Origin: Hemiscyllium ocellatum
Lineage: Eukaryota
NCBI RefSeq assembly: GCF_020745735.1
Contig: NC_083409.1
Span: 6,685,534-6,749,533 of the forward strand
Direction: 5' to 3'
DNA length: 64,000 nucleotides
Part shown: positions 48,700 through 62,200 of the stretch, piece after piece
How the letters are laid out: each line of letters starts with the position of its first letter
Position numbering within the stretch: the first letter of the stretch is position 1
The notes under the pieces: generated by a model
The model's input: only the letters and a program-made list of their open reading frames with translations
What the model was told of the DNA's origin: nothing
Databases searched by the model: none
Position numbers and translations under genes: made by a program

Positions 48700-49945
48700 T
48701 GAGCAGATGACTGTGTTTTTGAAGAAGTAATCAAGAAGATAGATCAAGGTACAGCAGTACACACCGTCTACATGGGCTTTAGCAAGGCTTATGCAAGGTT
48801 CCCTATGGTAGACTGCTCAGTAAGATTATATCACATAGGATCGAGGATGAGCTAGCCAACTGGATGTAAAACTGGCCTGATGATTGGAGGCAAAGGCTGG
48901 TGAGAGAGAGTTGTTCTTCAGACTGGAGGCCAGTGACCAGCCGTCTGTCACAAGATTCGATCCTGGATCCACTGTTGTTCATCATTTGTGTGAACAATTT
49001 GGATAAGAAAATAGGAGGAATTGTCAGTAAGTTTGTTGCTGACATTAAAATTGTTGGCATAGTGAACAGATAGGAAGGGTATCCAAGAGTACAATGTCAT
49101 CTTGATCAACTGGGCCAGTGGGTCATCAAATCCAGATGGAGTTTAATTTCAATAAATGCAAGGAGTTATCTTTTGGTAAGATAAACCAGAGCAGGAATTA
49201 CACAACTAATGGTAGAGCCATGGGGAGAGTTATTGAACAGAGAGACTGACGGGTACAGGCACATATTTCCTTGAAAGTGGTGTCACAGGTAGACAGGGTG
49301 ATGAAAAAGGTATTTGGCACGCTCAACTTCACTGGTCAAAGCGGGGAGTACAGGAGCTGGGACATCATGTAACAGCTGCACAAGGCACTGGTATGGCCAC
49401 ATTTGGTCACTGTGTACGTTTCTGCTCACCCTGCTATAGGAAGGAAGTTATTACACTATTTTGGATAAAAGAAAGATTAACAGGAATGTTACCAAGATTG
49501 GAGGGTGTGAATGGTAAGGCGAGGATGGATACGCCGAAATGTTTTTCCAGGAATGCAGGAGACTGAGGGGTGACCTTATAGAGGTTTATAGAATCATGAG
49601 GGTCATGGATAAGGTGAATAGTGAAAGTCTTTTCCCCAGGGTAGGAGAGTCCAGTACTAGAAGGAAAGGTTTAAGTTGAGAGGGGGACGAATTAGAAGGG
49701 ACCTGAGAGACAACCTTTTTCACACAGGGGTTGGTGCGTATGTGTAATGAGCTGCCAGAGGAAGTGGTGGCCGCGAGTAGAATTACTACATTTCAAGGAC
49801 ATTTTTGCAGGAACATGGATAGGAAGGATTTAGAGAGATTTGGGCCAAACACAGGCAAATGGGACGAATCAGTTTTGCAAACTTGGTCGGCAAGGATGAG
49901 TTGAGCTGAGGGGCCTGATGCCACACTGTAAACCATTATGACTCT
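48700..49945 (+). mobile_element. CR1 ORF2 RT and 3' end, degenerate
   Basis: atggactttagcaagg-like RT start, SKFVADIKI, CR1 tail. Confidence 0.8.
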
Positions 49946-49949
49946 TTGA

Positions 49950-50400
49950 TGATGAACACATGGGCAGGCAGATTGGTGAGGGTGATAGTGAGTATGTTTT
50001 TCCCTCTTGTTGGTTCTCGTCTCACCACCTGCCCCAGGTCCAGGTCCAATCTAGCAGCTGAGTCAGATGGAGCTTGACCAATTTGCTCAGTCGTGATGCT
50101 TCTGAGCAGCTCTTGATGGTCGAATTTGATGCCTCTTAATCAAGGTATATCCTGTATCCTTCCCCCCCTCAGTGCTCACTCCAAGTTTTGTTCAGCATGG
50201 AGGATGACTGACTGCTTAGTTGAGGTTGGAGGGGAGGGCGGTGCTATGTGGTAATCAGCAGGAGGTTTCCTTTCCCATGTTTGACCTGCTGTCATGAGGC
50301 TTCATGGTTCCATAGTTAATGGTGAGGACTCTCAGGGCAACTCCCTTCCGACCGTACACACCACTGTGTTGCCTCCCCTGCTTGGTCTATCCTTCCAGTT
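49950..50400 (-). mobile_element. L2-type LINE endonuclease fragment
   Basis: WKDRPSRGGNTVV followed by degenerate EN motifs. Confidence 0.55.
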
Positions 50401-50629
50401 AAAAACAGAATAAGGGAACAATTCTGTGCAGGTTTCACAGCTTGGAGACAGAGCTTCTGCTGAATTCTGTTTCTGATCTCCGAGTGCAGGCCTCTGTGTT
50501 TGTGAGAGAGTGACTGACCCTGTTTCCATCATTATGCCGTTTGCAAAAAAAAATTCCACAAACCAGCCTCCTGTGCTGCCAGATTCCAGAGAGTGCAGAC
50601 AGTTCACAGCTTTCTCCCGTCTCAGTAAC

Positions 50630-50775
50630 AAACGTCCAGCTGCTCCGAGCTCCTTCTTTCACTTCCTCTCTTGGTGAAGTTTCAACCTTGCGATATGACA
50701 ATCTTTGCGGTTATTTTTTACACTGGGGCTTTCTGCTGTGGTCAGAATCTCTAATAATAATTGTCCAATCAGTGA
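50630..50775. promoter_or_regulatory. Candidate lymphoid enhancer motif cluster
   Basis: E-box CAGCTG 50637-42; GAGGAAGTGAAA on minus 50668-57; RUNX TGCGGT 50706-11 and TGTGGT 50737-42. Confidence 0.4.
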
Positions 50776-50829
50776 CCATCACAGCAGCTAAGAGCAGTCC
50801 GGACTGACGAGCCAGGCTCACTGGGAAAC

Positions 50830-51240
50830 ACATTGGGAAGGTCACAGCCATCCTCTTTAGATCCCAGTACAAACTCCATCCCTCTCACTGAGCATTGTCT
50901 GCTGCTCAACCAGATTCTTTCCAATCTTGGCATCATCTTTGAGGCTGATCTGAACTCCATGTCCCCCACATCACAAAGATCAGCCACTGAAAATCTCAGC
51001 CATGTTGTTGGGTCTCCAAACGTGACCATTCCAATGTTATCCTGGACCACATCAGAGCCACCGCACTCTTTAAATGTCCACTCATCCCAAACTCTGCTGC
51101 CCATATCCAAACTCGCACCAAGTTACCCCCCCCCCCCCGCCCCACCGATCCCCCCACCCCCCTTCGCCATGGTCACTGATCTAGATTGGCTCCCGGTCTA
51201 GCAATACTTTATTCTTCAAATTCTCATCCTTGTCCCCTCC
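50830..51240 (+). mobile_element. L2 ORF2 C-terminal fragment
   Basis: LSNLGIIFEADL, QTLLPISKL, DLDWLPV. Confidence 0.55.
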
Positions 51241-51309
51241 TTGCCCTCCCTTCACAGCCCGAACATCCTTCCTCTGATAAGAAGACTAAAATTGCACCGA
51301 ATAGAGTCT

Positions 51310-54300
51310 TAAAATACACTGTACAGAAGAGGCCCTTCAGCCCATTGATCCTGTAACAGCCAAACAACACTAAACTTAAACGAGTCTAACTTTCTAACAT
51401 TAGGCCCATAGCCTTGAATGTTATGACATTTCAGTGTTCATACAAGGACATTTTAAAGGTTAAGAAGTTTCCTCCGGCAACTACCCTCCTAGTCAATGCA
51501 TGCAGACCCTCACCATCTTCTGAGTGAAAAGTATGCTCCACAAATAACCTCTGAAACTCCTGCTTTTCACAATGAATGTGTGCCACCATGTTATTTACTC
51601 TCTGCCACCTTTGCAATGTCCTCATAACTTTATACATCTCTATCAGGGACCCCAGCAACCTTCTATGCTACAAATACAACAACCCGAGCTTATCCAGCCT
51701 CTCTTCATCATTGAAATGCTTCATCCCAGGCAACTTCCTGGTTAATCTCATCTGTACTCTGTCCAGTTTAATCAAATCCTTCCTATAGTGTGGTGACCAG
51801 AACTGCACACAGTACTTCAACTCTCACCTCACCTTAGTTCTGAACAATTCCAACATAACCTCCCTGTTTTTATCACCCACTCTTGAAATGAGAAAGGGAA
51901 GTGTCCCATATGGCTTCATTCCCGCCCTGTTAACCTGCTGTGTCTTCACCGTGCTTCACCTCACATTTAGCAGGGTTAATTTCCATCTGCCTTTGCTCTG
52001 CCTATCTGACCAACCCACTTATATCATCATGTAACATAACACCTTCTTCATCACTGTTAACCACCCACCAATCTTCATGTCATATACAAACTTAGTTTCA
52101 TTCACTGACCCCACCTCTCACACTATCACATTCTCATCCACATAGTTTCTAAGTATCACCAATAATAAGGGACCCAGCAGTGATCCCTGTGGTATCCCAC
52201 TGCACACTGGATCCAGTCACAAAAACAAATTTCTGCCTCTACACTCTGTCTCCTGTCATTGAGCCAAATTTTGATGGAATACTCCAGGTGTGATCTCACT
52301 CGACCCCTGTAAAATTGCAGCAAGACATCCCTGCTCCTGTACTTGAATCCTATTGCTATGAAGGACCTAAATACCATTGGCCTTCTTCACTACTTGCTGC
52401 TCCTGCAATGCTTACTTTTCGCGACTGGTGTATATTGCACTTTCCCATTCTCAGTCTATCCCTATTCAGATAATAATCTGCATTCCTGTTTTTGATACTA
52501 AACTGCGTAACTTCACATTTATCCACATTGGACATCATCTATGACTAACTCAATTCATTCAAATCACACAGAAGCATCTCTACATCCTCCTCACAGCTCC
52601 CCGTCTCAACCAGCTTTGTGTCATCTGCTAACCTGGAGATATTAATCTTAATTCCATCATCTAAATCATTAATATATCACGTGAATCATTGGTCTCCAGG
52701 CCTGTGGTCCAGATCTGAGCTCATTCAACCCTTTCAGAAAAAGGCCTGTTTATTCCTACATTACATTTATAACAATAATTTAGAACATAAAACATAGAAA
52801 AACATAGAAAAAAACCGCAGTACAGGCCCTTCAGCCCTCGATGTTGCACCGACAGAAGCCTACCTAACCTACACTAGCCCACTATCCTCCATATGCCTAT
52901 CCAATGCCCGCTTAAATGACCTTAAAGAGAGAGAGTCCACCATTGTTCCTGGCAGGGCATTCCATGAACTCACAACCCACTGAGTAAAGAATATACCCCT
53001 AACACATGTCCTATACCTACCACCCCTTAATTTAAAGCTGTGTCCCCTAGTAACAGCTGACTCCATTAGCGGAAAAAAGTTCTCACTGTTAACCCTATCT
53101 AAACCCCTAATCATCTTGTACACCTCTATCAAATCTCTCCTAAACCTTTTTTCTTTAACCAGAACAGCCCCAAGTACCTCAGCCTTTCCTCATACGATCT
53201 TCCTACCATGCCAGGCAACATCCTGGTAAACCTCCTCTGCACTCGTTCCAATGCCTCCACATCCTTTCTATAGTATGGCGGCCAAAACTGCACACAATAC
53301 TCCAGATGAGGCCGCACCAGAGTCTTATACAACTGCAACATGACCTCAGGACTCGGTAACTCAATTCCTCTTCCAATAAAGCCCAATACACCATATGCCT
53401 TCTTCACAGCACTATTTACCTGGGTGGCAACTTTCAGAGATCTGTGTACATGGGCACCAAGATCCCTCTGCTCATCCACACTCCCAAGTAGCCTACCATT
53501 AGCCCAGTAATCCATCTTCTTGTTACTCCAACCAAAGTGAATGACTTCACTCATAGCTACATTGAACTCCATTTGCCAACTTTCTGCCCAGCTCTGCATT
53601 TGGATGAGAATGTACAAGGCTTGATTCATAAATTTCCAAATCACACTAAAATAGGCGGTATCGTGGGCAGTGAGGAAGGTTATCAGAAGTTGCAGCAGGA
53701 CTTTGATCAGCTGGGGAAGTGGACCGAGAAATGGCTAATTGAGTTGAATGTAGATAAGTGTGAGGTGTTGCATTTTGGAAAGTCAAATCTAGGTAGGAGT
53801 TTCATGGTGAATGGTAGGGCATGAAGGAGTATATTGATGCAGAAGGACCTTGGAGTTCAGGTGCATGGTTCTCTGGAAGTGGAGTCACTGTTAGACAGGA
53901 CAATGATGAAGGCTTTTTGCACACTGACCTTCATCAGTCAGGGCATTGACTATAGAAGTTGGGAAGTTGGTGAGGCCACACTTGGAGTATTGTGTTCAGT
54001 TTTGGTCACCTTCTTATAGGAAGGATGTTATTAAACTGGAAAGAATGTAGGAGAAATTTACAAGAACGTTGCCAGAACTCAAGGGTCTGAGTTACAGGGA
54101 GAGGTTGGACAACCTAGGACCTTTATCTTTAGAGCATGGGATACTGAGGGGAAACCTTATAGCAGTGTCTCAGATCATGGGAGGCATGGATAGGGCGAAT
54201 GGACGCAATCCTCTTCCAAGGGTTTGTAAATAAAGGACGAGAGGGCAACAGTTTAAGGTTACAGGGGAAAGAATAGAAGGGAACCTGAGGGGCAATTTGC

Positions 54301-54530
54301 TACACAGAGGGTGGTACACGTATGGAATGAGCTGCCAGCAGAAGTGATTGAGGCAGGAACATTCACAATATTTAAAAGGCATCTGGACAAATACATGGGT
54401 GGAAAATATTAAGAAAGATATGGACCAAGTGCAGAGAAATTGCGTTAGTGTGGTCGGACATTTTGGTCAGTGTGGGCCAATTTAGGCCGAAGGGCCTGTC
54501 TCCGTGCTGTAGGACTCAATGACTCCATGA
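51310..54530. mobile_element. CR1 pile: minus 51310-52700, younger minus 52775-53590, plus 53595-54530
   Basis: ORFs 53129-53644 and 52869-53132 ([13 protein letters not shown]; GDMIEVYKMIRG-type), ctatgtt-type tail near 52780-52810; KFPNHTKIGGIV on plus. Confidence 0.85.
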
Positions 54531-54689
54531 CTTTGTTTCCTGTCTGCAATCAGTTCTCTATCCATGTCAATACACTGCCCGCAAGCCCATGAGCCTTAAT
54601 TTTATATGCTATCCTCTTTTGTGGGATTCACCAGAAGACTTTTGAAAGTGTAAATGAAGCACATTAATCCACAATTAAGAATCTAATAA

Positions 54690-54885
54690 TGACCATGCAT
54701 CCACTGTTGATTGTTTGCAAAACCCATCTGGTTCACTAAGGTCCTTTAGGGAAGGAAACTGCCGTCCTCACCTGGTCTGGACAACGTGTGAGTCCAGACC
54801 CACAACAACATGGTTGACTTTTAACTGCCCTCTGGGCAATAAGTGCTGCCTATCCAGAGACACCTTCTTCCTATGAATGAATTAA
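54690..54885 (+). mobile_element. Deu-domain SINE fragment with L2-type tail (second fragment 59150-59270)
   Basis: aacccatctggttcactaa.gtcctttagggaaggaaa.ctgcc.tcct...tggtctgg. Confidence 0.65.
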
Positions 54886-55322
54886 GAAAAAAAACTACTA
54901 GCTTCACCTTATTAAATCCATTCCTTACATCCTCAAACAATTCCAGTTGATTTGGTAAGTATGATTTCCCTTCCCACAATCCATGCTGATTCTGTACAAT
55001 CCTGTCACTGTTTTCCATGTGCTCAGCTATTACATCTTTTATAACAGATACAAGTATTTTCCCCAATACCAACATCAGGCTGACTGGTCTAAAATTCCCT
55101 GTTTTCTCTCTCCCTCCCATTTTAAGAGTGAGGTAACATTAGCAACTCTCCAATCTGAAGGAATTGTTCCAGGATCAATAGAATCTTGGAAGATGATCAC
55201 CAACGTTTCCAAAAATTTTGAGCCATTTCCTGAATACCTAGTATGTCGATTATCAATCTTTAAACCCATCAATTTTCCAAAATCCATTTACCTTTAAAAA
55301 CTGTCCCTCTCTCGCTCTCGAC

Positions 55323-55660
55323 CAGAGGTGGGGAACCTTTTCATGTTGGAACGCTGTATTATGTTAGTCGTAATCTAATAAGGCTGCGTCCAAGAAACTT
55401 CAATTATATATTCTTGAAAATTCACATTTTTTTCAATTGTGGTGGTCAATCTGTGAGGATTATATCATTGAACTATCTTTTACTCTCTGGTATTTTAAAT
55501 ACATTCATTTTAAGATTAAAATAAAAATAATGAAGGATGAAAAAACACATTAATAAAAAATAAAAGATTTGGTCTGCAAAATTTGGATTCATTCAAAAGG
55601 CCACACACAATGGCCTAGAAGGCCACGCGCGGCCTGAAAGCCGCAGGTTCCCCACCCCTG
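55323..55660. mobile_element. Non-autonomous hAT element, internally deleted relative of 3425-3958
   Basis: TIRs CAGAGGTGGGGAACC / GGTTCCCCACCCCTG; flanks ctctcgac / gtctagac (6 of 8 match). Confidence 0.85.
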
Positions 55661-57066
55661 GTCTAGACACTGGGAACACAACAATTTGGGAATGTTTTCG
55701 AGTCTTCCTTTGTGTACAAAAATCCAGAACATATATTTAATTATCCTGCTATCTTTTTGTTCTCATTATAACATTACAAATTTTCTGTGCAATTTTCTTG
55801 AATGCCTTCTGGAAGTTCATGTGAACAGCACCCATCGTCCTCTTTGATAAAATGTAACCAGGTCAGTTCAAGGTGTTTGACCCTGAGAAAATCCAGGCTG
55901 ACTTTCTTGTATCAATTCATGTTTGTCAGATATTCTATCTCTTAAAAACAGATTAAATCACGTGCCAAAAACAGAAATTAAACAACTCATCATTGTGAGT
56001 GATGTGAGTAAACTGCCAGCACTGACACAAGGGCTGAACAGCCTCCTCCTGTGCTGCATCCTACTCTGTCTCCTTGATTGAAATATTCAGATAGGAATAG
56101 GAGCTGGCCTGCAGCTTTAACAGTGAGTTCAATGTTGGAGTTCAATGACGGATGGAGTGTCATTAGTGGGGAATGTACAATGTACATTGTGTGCAGGAGC
56201 TTCTCGAAAATATATCTTTCCCTTTCTCCCTTTTCAGCTCCAGGGCTGTCATGAAAAGGAGCTGAAAGAATCTTTGGTGACGAAGTTTCCGGACAGTGAG
56301 GGCTATGTGAAGGGTTTCAATAGTGAATGATGATTGCAGCACATTATTCAGTCTGCTTTTCCCTCACCACTGATCAAGCCTTGTAACCTCCTGTCACACT
56401 GAGTGGCATTGCAATCGGTATCATAGTGTCAGTGCCAGCAGATAACAGCATCACAGTCTGATCCACTGGGACAGGCATCACTGCCTGACATCAAAGAACA
56501 ATGCTCACTGCCTGACATCAAAGAATCCCCTCCTTCACCACACTCATGAACCCTACAGCATCAAAAAGCATGAGACCCAGCCCCTTCTATTAAATACTGA
56601 CTCCCAGAGATCCCCTACAGAGTTGAAAGTCAGCAGCAAGACAGAGGGAGGACCGGGGCGGGGGAGGGGTGGGGTGTGTGTGTGAGAGAGAGAGGGAGAG
56701 ACAGAATGACCTCCTGCTGTCCCTAGTCCTTTGGTTCTAATGATGGTGTCTGTGTGTGTTGATGAGAAATGGGGTTCCTCTGTTGAAACTGCTCCTGATT
56801 TAATCATGGAGCTGGAAGCCAGGAGAAACTGAAGAAGCTTCAGTTTCTCGCCAGAAACTGCCCACTCGGCCTCTTGGACACCATGAGTTGGTTTACTGTG
56901 CCGAGCACGTACACCCCCTCCCACCCTCTCTCCCTGACAAGTCTCTGTCTGATTGGAGTCTTATTGTTACCTTTTCCCCCTCTCAGATCCAGCAGTCCCA
57001 CTCACTCCCAAAACCTAACCCAAGATGGCCTGTGATCCAGAGTGGACCTGTTCTGTGGGGAAATGA

Positions 57067-57139
<73 letters not shown>

Positions 57140-57140
57140 C
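57067..57140. repeat. (TC)n/(TCTA)n microsatellite
   Basis: Seen directly. Confidence 0.95.
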
Positions 57141-57599
57141 TCTTAGCTCCATCCCTCCATCCATTTGAGCGACTGGGATCCCATTTGTGCCAATTCCAGT
57201 GAATCCCATGGAGAATAATGACGGGATATTTGTAGTGTAAGTTTGATGTTGTAAATGTAAACCATTGTAGTAAAGACCTTACAGATGATTTGTACAGACA
57301 GCAAAGCCCAAACCAGAGCATTGTGTCACTCAACACAGAATTCTTTAAAGCTTCAATAAAACAGTTATTAATGTGATTCTCAGAGATGTGTCATAATTCT
57401 CGTTTCAAAAAACTCTTACTCAATGAAGGTCCTGAAAGGCCTCCTCCTGTTCCAGAGATCTGTAGGATATGTTCTGAACTCAAATTCCCATACTTAAAGT
57501 AATATTCTCAGGTCTGAATCCTGGGATCACTTAGACAATTTCAACACACACACACACACACACACGGCATCAAATTGGCAGTGGTCCCTCGCAGACAAA

Positions 57600-58790
57600 G
57601 ATGACTCTCTCCCACCCTCAAGGTGAGTCCATATGTGGCTGGACAGACTGATGTGGCTACAGCAGGTTCTGCTATATGTGGTGCAGGTGCTGGTCATGGG
57701 AAGGGGTAGATGGGGCATTGGTGAGGCAGTGTGTTCCTTTTGCTGTTTTCAGCTCGCTTCGATTTTTTTTTCCCGGTGGTGAGTCTCACGGTGCTCGATG
57801 CTCCTCCTCCACTTTTGACAGTTTTGGGCCAGTGATTCCCAGGAGTCTGTGGGAATACGGCACTTTGCCAATGAGGTCTTGAGGGTATCCTTAAATCAGT
57901 TCCTCTGTCCACGTGCGGCTTGCCTGCCATTTCAAAGCTGGGAGTAGAGCACTTGCTTGGGGAGGCTTGTGTCAGTCATGCAGACGGCGTGTCCAGCCCA
58001 TTGCGGCCAATCAAGGGTGGTCTGTGCCTCAATGCTGGGCATATTGGCTTGTTTGAGGACTAACTGGTGTTAGTGCATCTGTCTTCTCTGCTGACTCACA
58101 GGATCTTGTGCAGGCAGCATTGGTGATACTACTCCAATGCCTTGAGATGTTTGGTCTGTCAGTCCATGTCTCAGAGACTTATTGGAGGGTGGGAACCACC
58201 ATGGCTCTGTAAACAATGAGCTTGGTGTTGGATCTGCTGCTGTTGTCCTCGAACACCCTTTTGTTCAGGTGGCTGAAGGCTGCTCTAACACATTGGGATT
58301 GATGCTGGATCTCTTCATCAACAGCTGCTTTGGCCGACTGAAGACTTCTGAGGTTTTGGAAGTGGTCAATGTTCTCTGTGGCCTTCTCATGGACCTTGAC
58401 AATCAGGCCAGGTTGGTGTAGGACCTTCATCTTGTGGATGTTCAGGGTGAGACCCATGCTCTCATGTGACTCAGTAAGGATGCTGACAATGGTCTGGAAT
58501 ACATTCTCTGAGATTGCACACACACAAGCATCATCTGCATACTGCAGCTTGATCACACTGGGTGGGCTGACTTTGGTTTTGGCTTGAAGGCAGCAGATAT
58601 AGAATAGTTTTCCACAGGTTCTGTAAGTTAGCTCCACCCCAGCAAGGAGCTTGTCAGTGGTGAGGTGAAGTATTGCAGTGAGGTAGATCGAGAACAGTGT
58701 TGGGGGGAATGACACAGCCCTGCTTGTCCCAGTCCCAATGGGAAATGGGTTGGTGGTGGAGCCATTTGTCATTGCCATGACTTGTGGATC
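57600..58790 (-). mobile_element. RTE (BovB-like) LINE RT and 3' region
   Basis: ORF 58179-58823: PFPIGTG...PTLFSIYL...LQYADDACVCA...MGLTLNIHKMKVLHQP. Confidence 0.85.
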
Positions 58791-58861
58791 AGGCGATGAA
58801 CGGTGACAAAAGTAATGGAGCAATCAAAATGGAGAAGGTGGGAGTCTCTCTCTTTCTCTTT

Positions 58862-58864
58862 TGT

Positions 58865-58897
<33 letters not shown>

Positions 58898-59075
58898 AAA
58901 CACCACGCAAACACACGTGCACAAACCCATTCATGCATACATTCGCCTGCACGCACACACACACATTCACACAGACACACACTCTCACACAGATTTATAC
59001 ACACATATACACACACATGCACACATACATACACGCAAACTCTCCTAGATTCTCTCACACTCTCACACACATACA
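58862..59075. repeat. Degenerate (CA)n low-complexity tract
   Basis: Seen directly. Confidence 0.9.
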
Positions 59076-59269
59076 GTGGGATGAGTGGAAGCAATTGCTT
59101 GATAATGGACCAAAGGATCTTTTTTCAGCTGTAAGACGCGATAAATATAGTGATGACCATGAAATCATTGACAAAAGTCATTAAAAACCCATCAGGTTCA
59201 CTAATGTCCTTTAGGGAAGGAAATCTGCCATCCTTGTCTGGTCTGGCCTCCATGTGGTGCCAGAGCCAA

Positions 59270-62200
59270 TGATGAAGCAGGAGCTAGCTGAAGAGGACTG
59301 GGAGCAGATCCTTGCAGGAAAATCTACATCAGAGCAGTAGGAGTCTTTCCTATAATAAATAGTGAGAGTGCAGGGTCATCATGTTACTGTAAAAATGAAG
59401 GGTGGGACCAATAAGGCCAGAGAACCCTGGATGTCAAGGGATGGACAGGATTGTAGAAGGTAAAAAGGTAAAGTTTATAGCAGAGTGTGGGGACTCAAAA
59501 TTGTACTGAAAATCGAGGTAACTCAGTGAGCATATCCACAAATCTCTGAAGGTAACAGGACAGGGAGATACGGTGGCTCAGACGTAAAATGGGGTATTTG
59601 CCTGGATTTGAATACAAGAGCGGGGAGGGGTATGCTAGAAGTGCATAAAACACTGGTTCGGGCACAACTGGAGGATTGTGTGTTGTTCTGGTCCCCACAT
59701 TATGGGACGGGTGTGATTGTACTCCAGAGGGTGCAGAGCAGATTTCCCAGGATGTTGCCTGGCCTGGAGGGTCTGAGCTATGAGGAAAGATTGGACGGGC
59801 TGGGTTTGTTTTCCTTGGAGCAGTGAAGATTGAGAGGGAACCTGGTAGAGAGCTATAAGATTGTGAGGGGCAGAGATAGAGTAGATAGGAATGTATTTTT
59901 ATCATTAATTGACTTAAATGGGAGGAACCAGAGGCTAATTTCAAAAACGTTTGTTGTTTGAAAAATTTTAGAATCAATCGTTAAGGAATAATGATAAACA
60001 AAATATTAAGGCTGACTAATTTGTTAGAGTTTATCATGAAAGACCCATCAGAGTGGATAGAGGGTATCCAGTAGATGTTTGTGATTGGTCTTCCTAAAGG
60101 TGTTCAACAGGTACCTCTCAGAACATTAAATCATAAGAACTCATGGAGTTCAAGGGAGTATATCGGCATGGATAGAGAATTTGCAAATAGGCAGGAAACA
60201 CAAAATGAGAATAAGTGGATTCCTTTTCAGGTTGGTGACCTGTGACCAGTGACATTCCACAGGGATCAGTGCTGGGGCCACAACTGTTTACAATATTTAT
60301 CAATGACATGGAAGAAGTAAGTGATTGTACTGTAGCCACAATTACAGATGCACAAAAATAGGGGAAAGGCAAGTTACCAGAGAGATACAACAGTTAATGG
60401 AGAGATATTTATTGGTGAGGTCAGTGGGAAAAGGCTGGCAAATGAAGTTTCATGTGGGAAAATGTCAAGTTGTACCTTTTGGTAGGAAGAACAAAACAAG
60501 AGAATATTATTTAAATGGAGAAAAGCTGAGAAAGCTGCAACATGAAAGTGCCCGAAACACAGAAAGTTAGTGCGTGGGAGCCGCAGGGAATCAGGAAAGC
60601 TATTGGGATGTTGGCCCTTATTTCAAGAGGGTGGGAGTCTAAGTGTAGGGAATTCTTACTGCCAATGTACAAGGTGCTGGTGAGACCACATCTAGAGTAC
60701 TGTGAACAGTTTTGTTTGCCTTATTTATGAAAACATATTATTTCACTGGAGGCAGATCAGAGAAGGTTCACTGGGATGATCCTCAGGGTGGAGGGGGCTG
60801 TCTTACATGCAAAAGTCAAAGGTTTGAAATCTGTCTGCTGGAGTTTAGGAAAATGAATGTTTATCTCATTGAAACATGTCGTAATGTTAATGGGCTTGAC
60901 AAGATAAACGTTAAGCGAGTGTTTCCCCTCATGTGAGGGTAAGGGCTACACAGAGAGAAAAGTATTAAGTAACCACCAGAGAGACATAGGCAGTATATAG
61001 AACATGTGAGGACCAAAAAGTTAAATTGTATCTATTTTAATGCAAGGAGCTTGACTGGTAAGGCAGGTGAACATATAACATTGATCAGCACGTGGGAATA
61101 TGATATTGTTGCAAACACTGAAACTGTTGTAAGAAGGACAGGACAGGCAACATAACATTCCAGGGTAGAGAAGTTTCAGGCAGGATGGAGGGCATGCAAC
61201 AGGGAGGCGGGGTCATTGCATTATTTAGAAAGGAAACCGTCACTGCAGGAATGAGGGAGGATGTCTTAGTAGTGACTTCAAATAAGGCCATCTGGGTTGA
61301 TCTAAGAAATAATACAGGTGCCATCACTTTGCTGGGATTATGCTACAGGACCACAATAGTCAGTTGGAGAGAGAGGAGGAGAAATGCAGGCAAATCACAG
61401 AGAGTGTGAGAGGAATAGTTTTATATTAGGAGAGAATTTCAACTTGGTGAACATTAACTGCGATCGCCTTTGTGTGAAAAGATTAGACAGGACAGAATTT
61501 TTAAAGTCCATCCAGGAGATCTTTTTGTACCAGTTCGTAGATAGCCCCAGTAGAGATGGGGCAGAGCTAGACCTAATCTGAGGGAATGATGCTGGTCAAG
61601 TGGTTAATGTGTCAGTTGGTGAGCACAGTGCCCCCAACTCTGTAAATTTCAAAGTAATTATAGAAAGGGATAAAGACAGTGCACAAGTTGAGTGTCTTAA
61701 TTGGGGGAAAGGCCGATTTCAATGCCATTAAACAGAATCTGGCAAACATAGACTGGGAGCAGCTACTTGCACATCAGCCTACATTTGGAAACTGGGCTAC
61801 TTTTACAAGTGGCATCGTGAGAATTCAGGGACAGCGTTTTCCCTTCAGAATGAAGGGCAGGGACTGCAAGCCCAGGGGGCCCTGGATTTGAAGGGATAGT
61901 GCGGTTGCATAAAGAAAAAAGAAAGAAGCATATATCACATAAAGAGAATTAAAAGCAGGGGAGATCCTTCAGAAGTAGAGTGAACTGGGTGGGGTGCTTA
62001 AAAAGGAAATTAGGAGGGCAAAGAGGGACTATGAAATATCTTTGTGAAATAGGATCAATCAAAACCCCAAAGAATTTTATCTGTTTGTTAAGGGTAAGAG
62101 GATGACCAGGGAAATAGTGGAATGAATTCGAGACCAATGGACATCGTATGGAGCCAATGGACACAACAGAGAAAGACTTTGTAGCTGGAGATTGTACTTC

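Noticed and set aside
53590-53600. Head-to-head CR1 junction suggesting twin-priming inversion
   Set aside because: The two halves overlap in RT coordinates and have different tails, so they are independent insertions.
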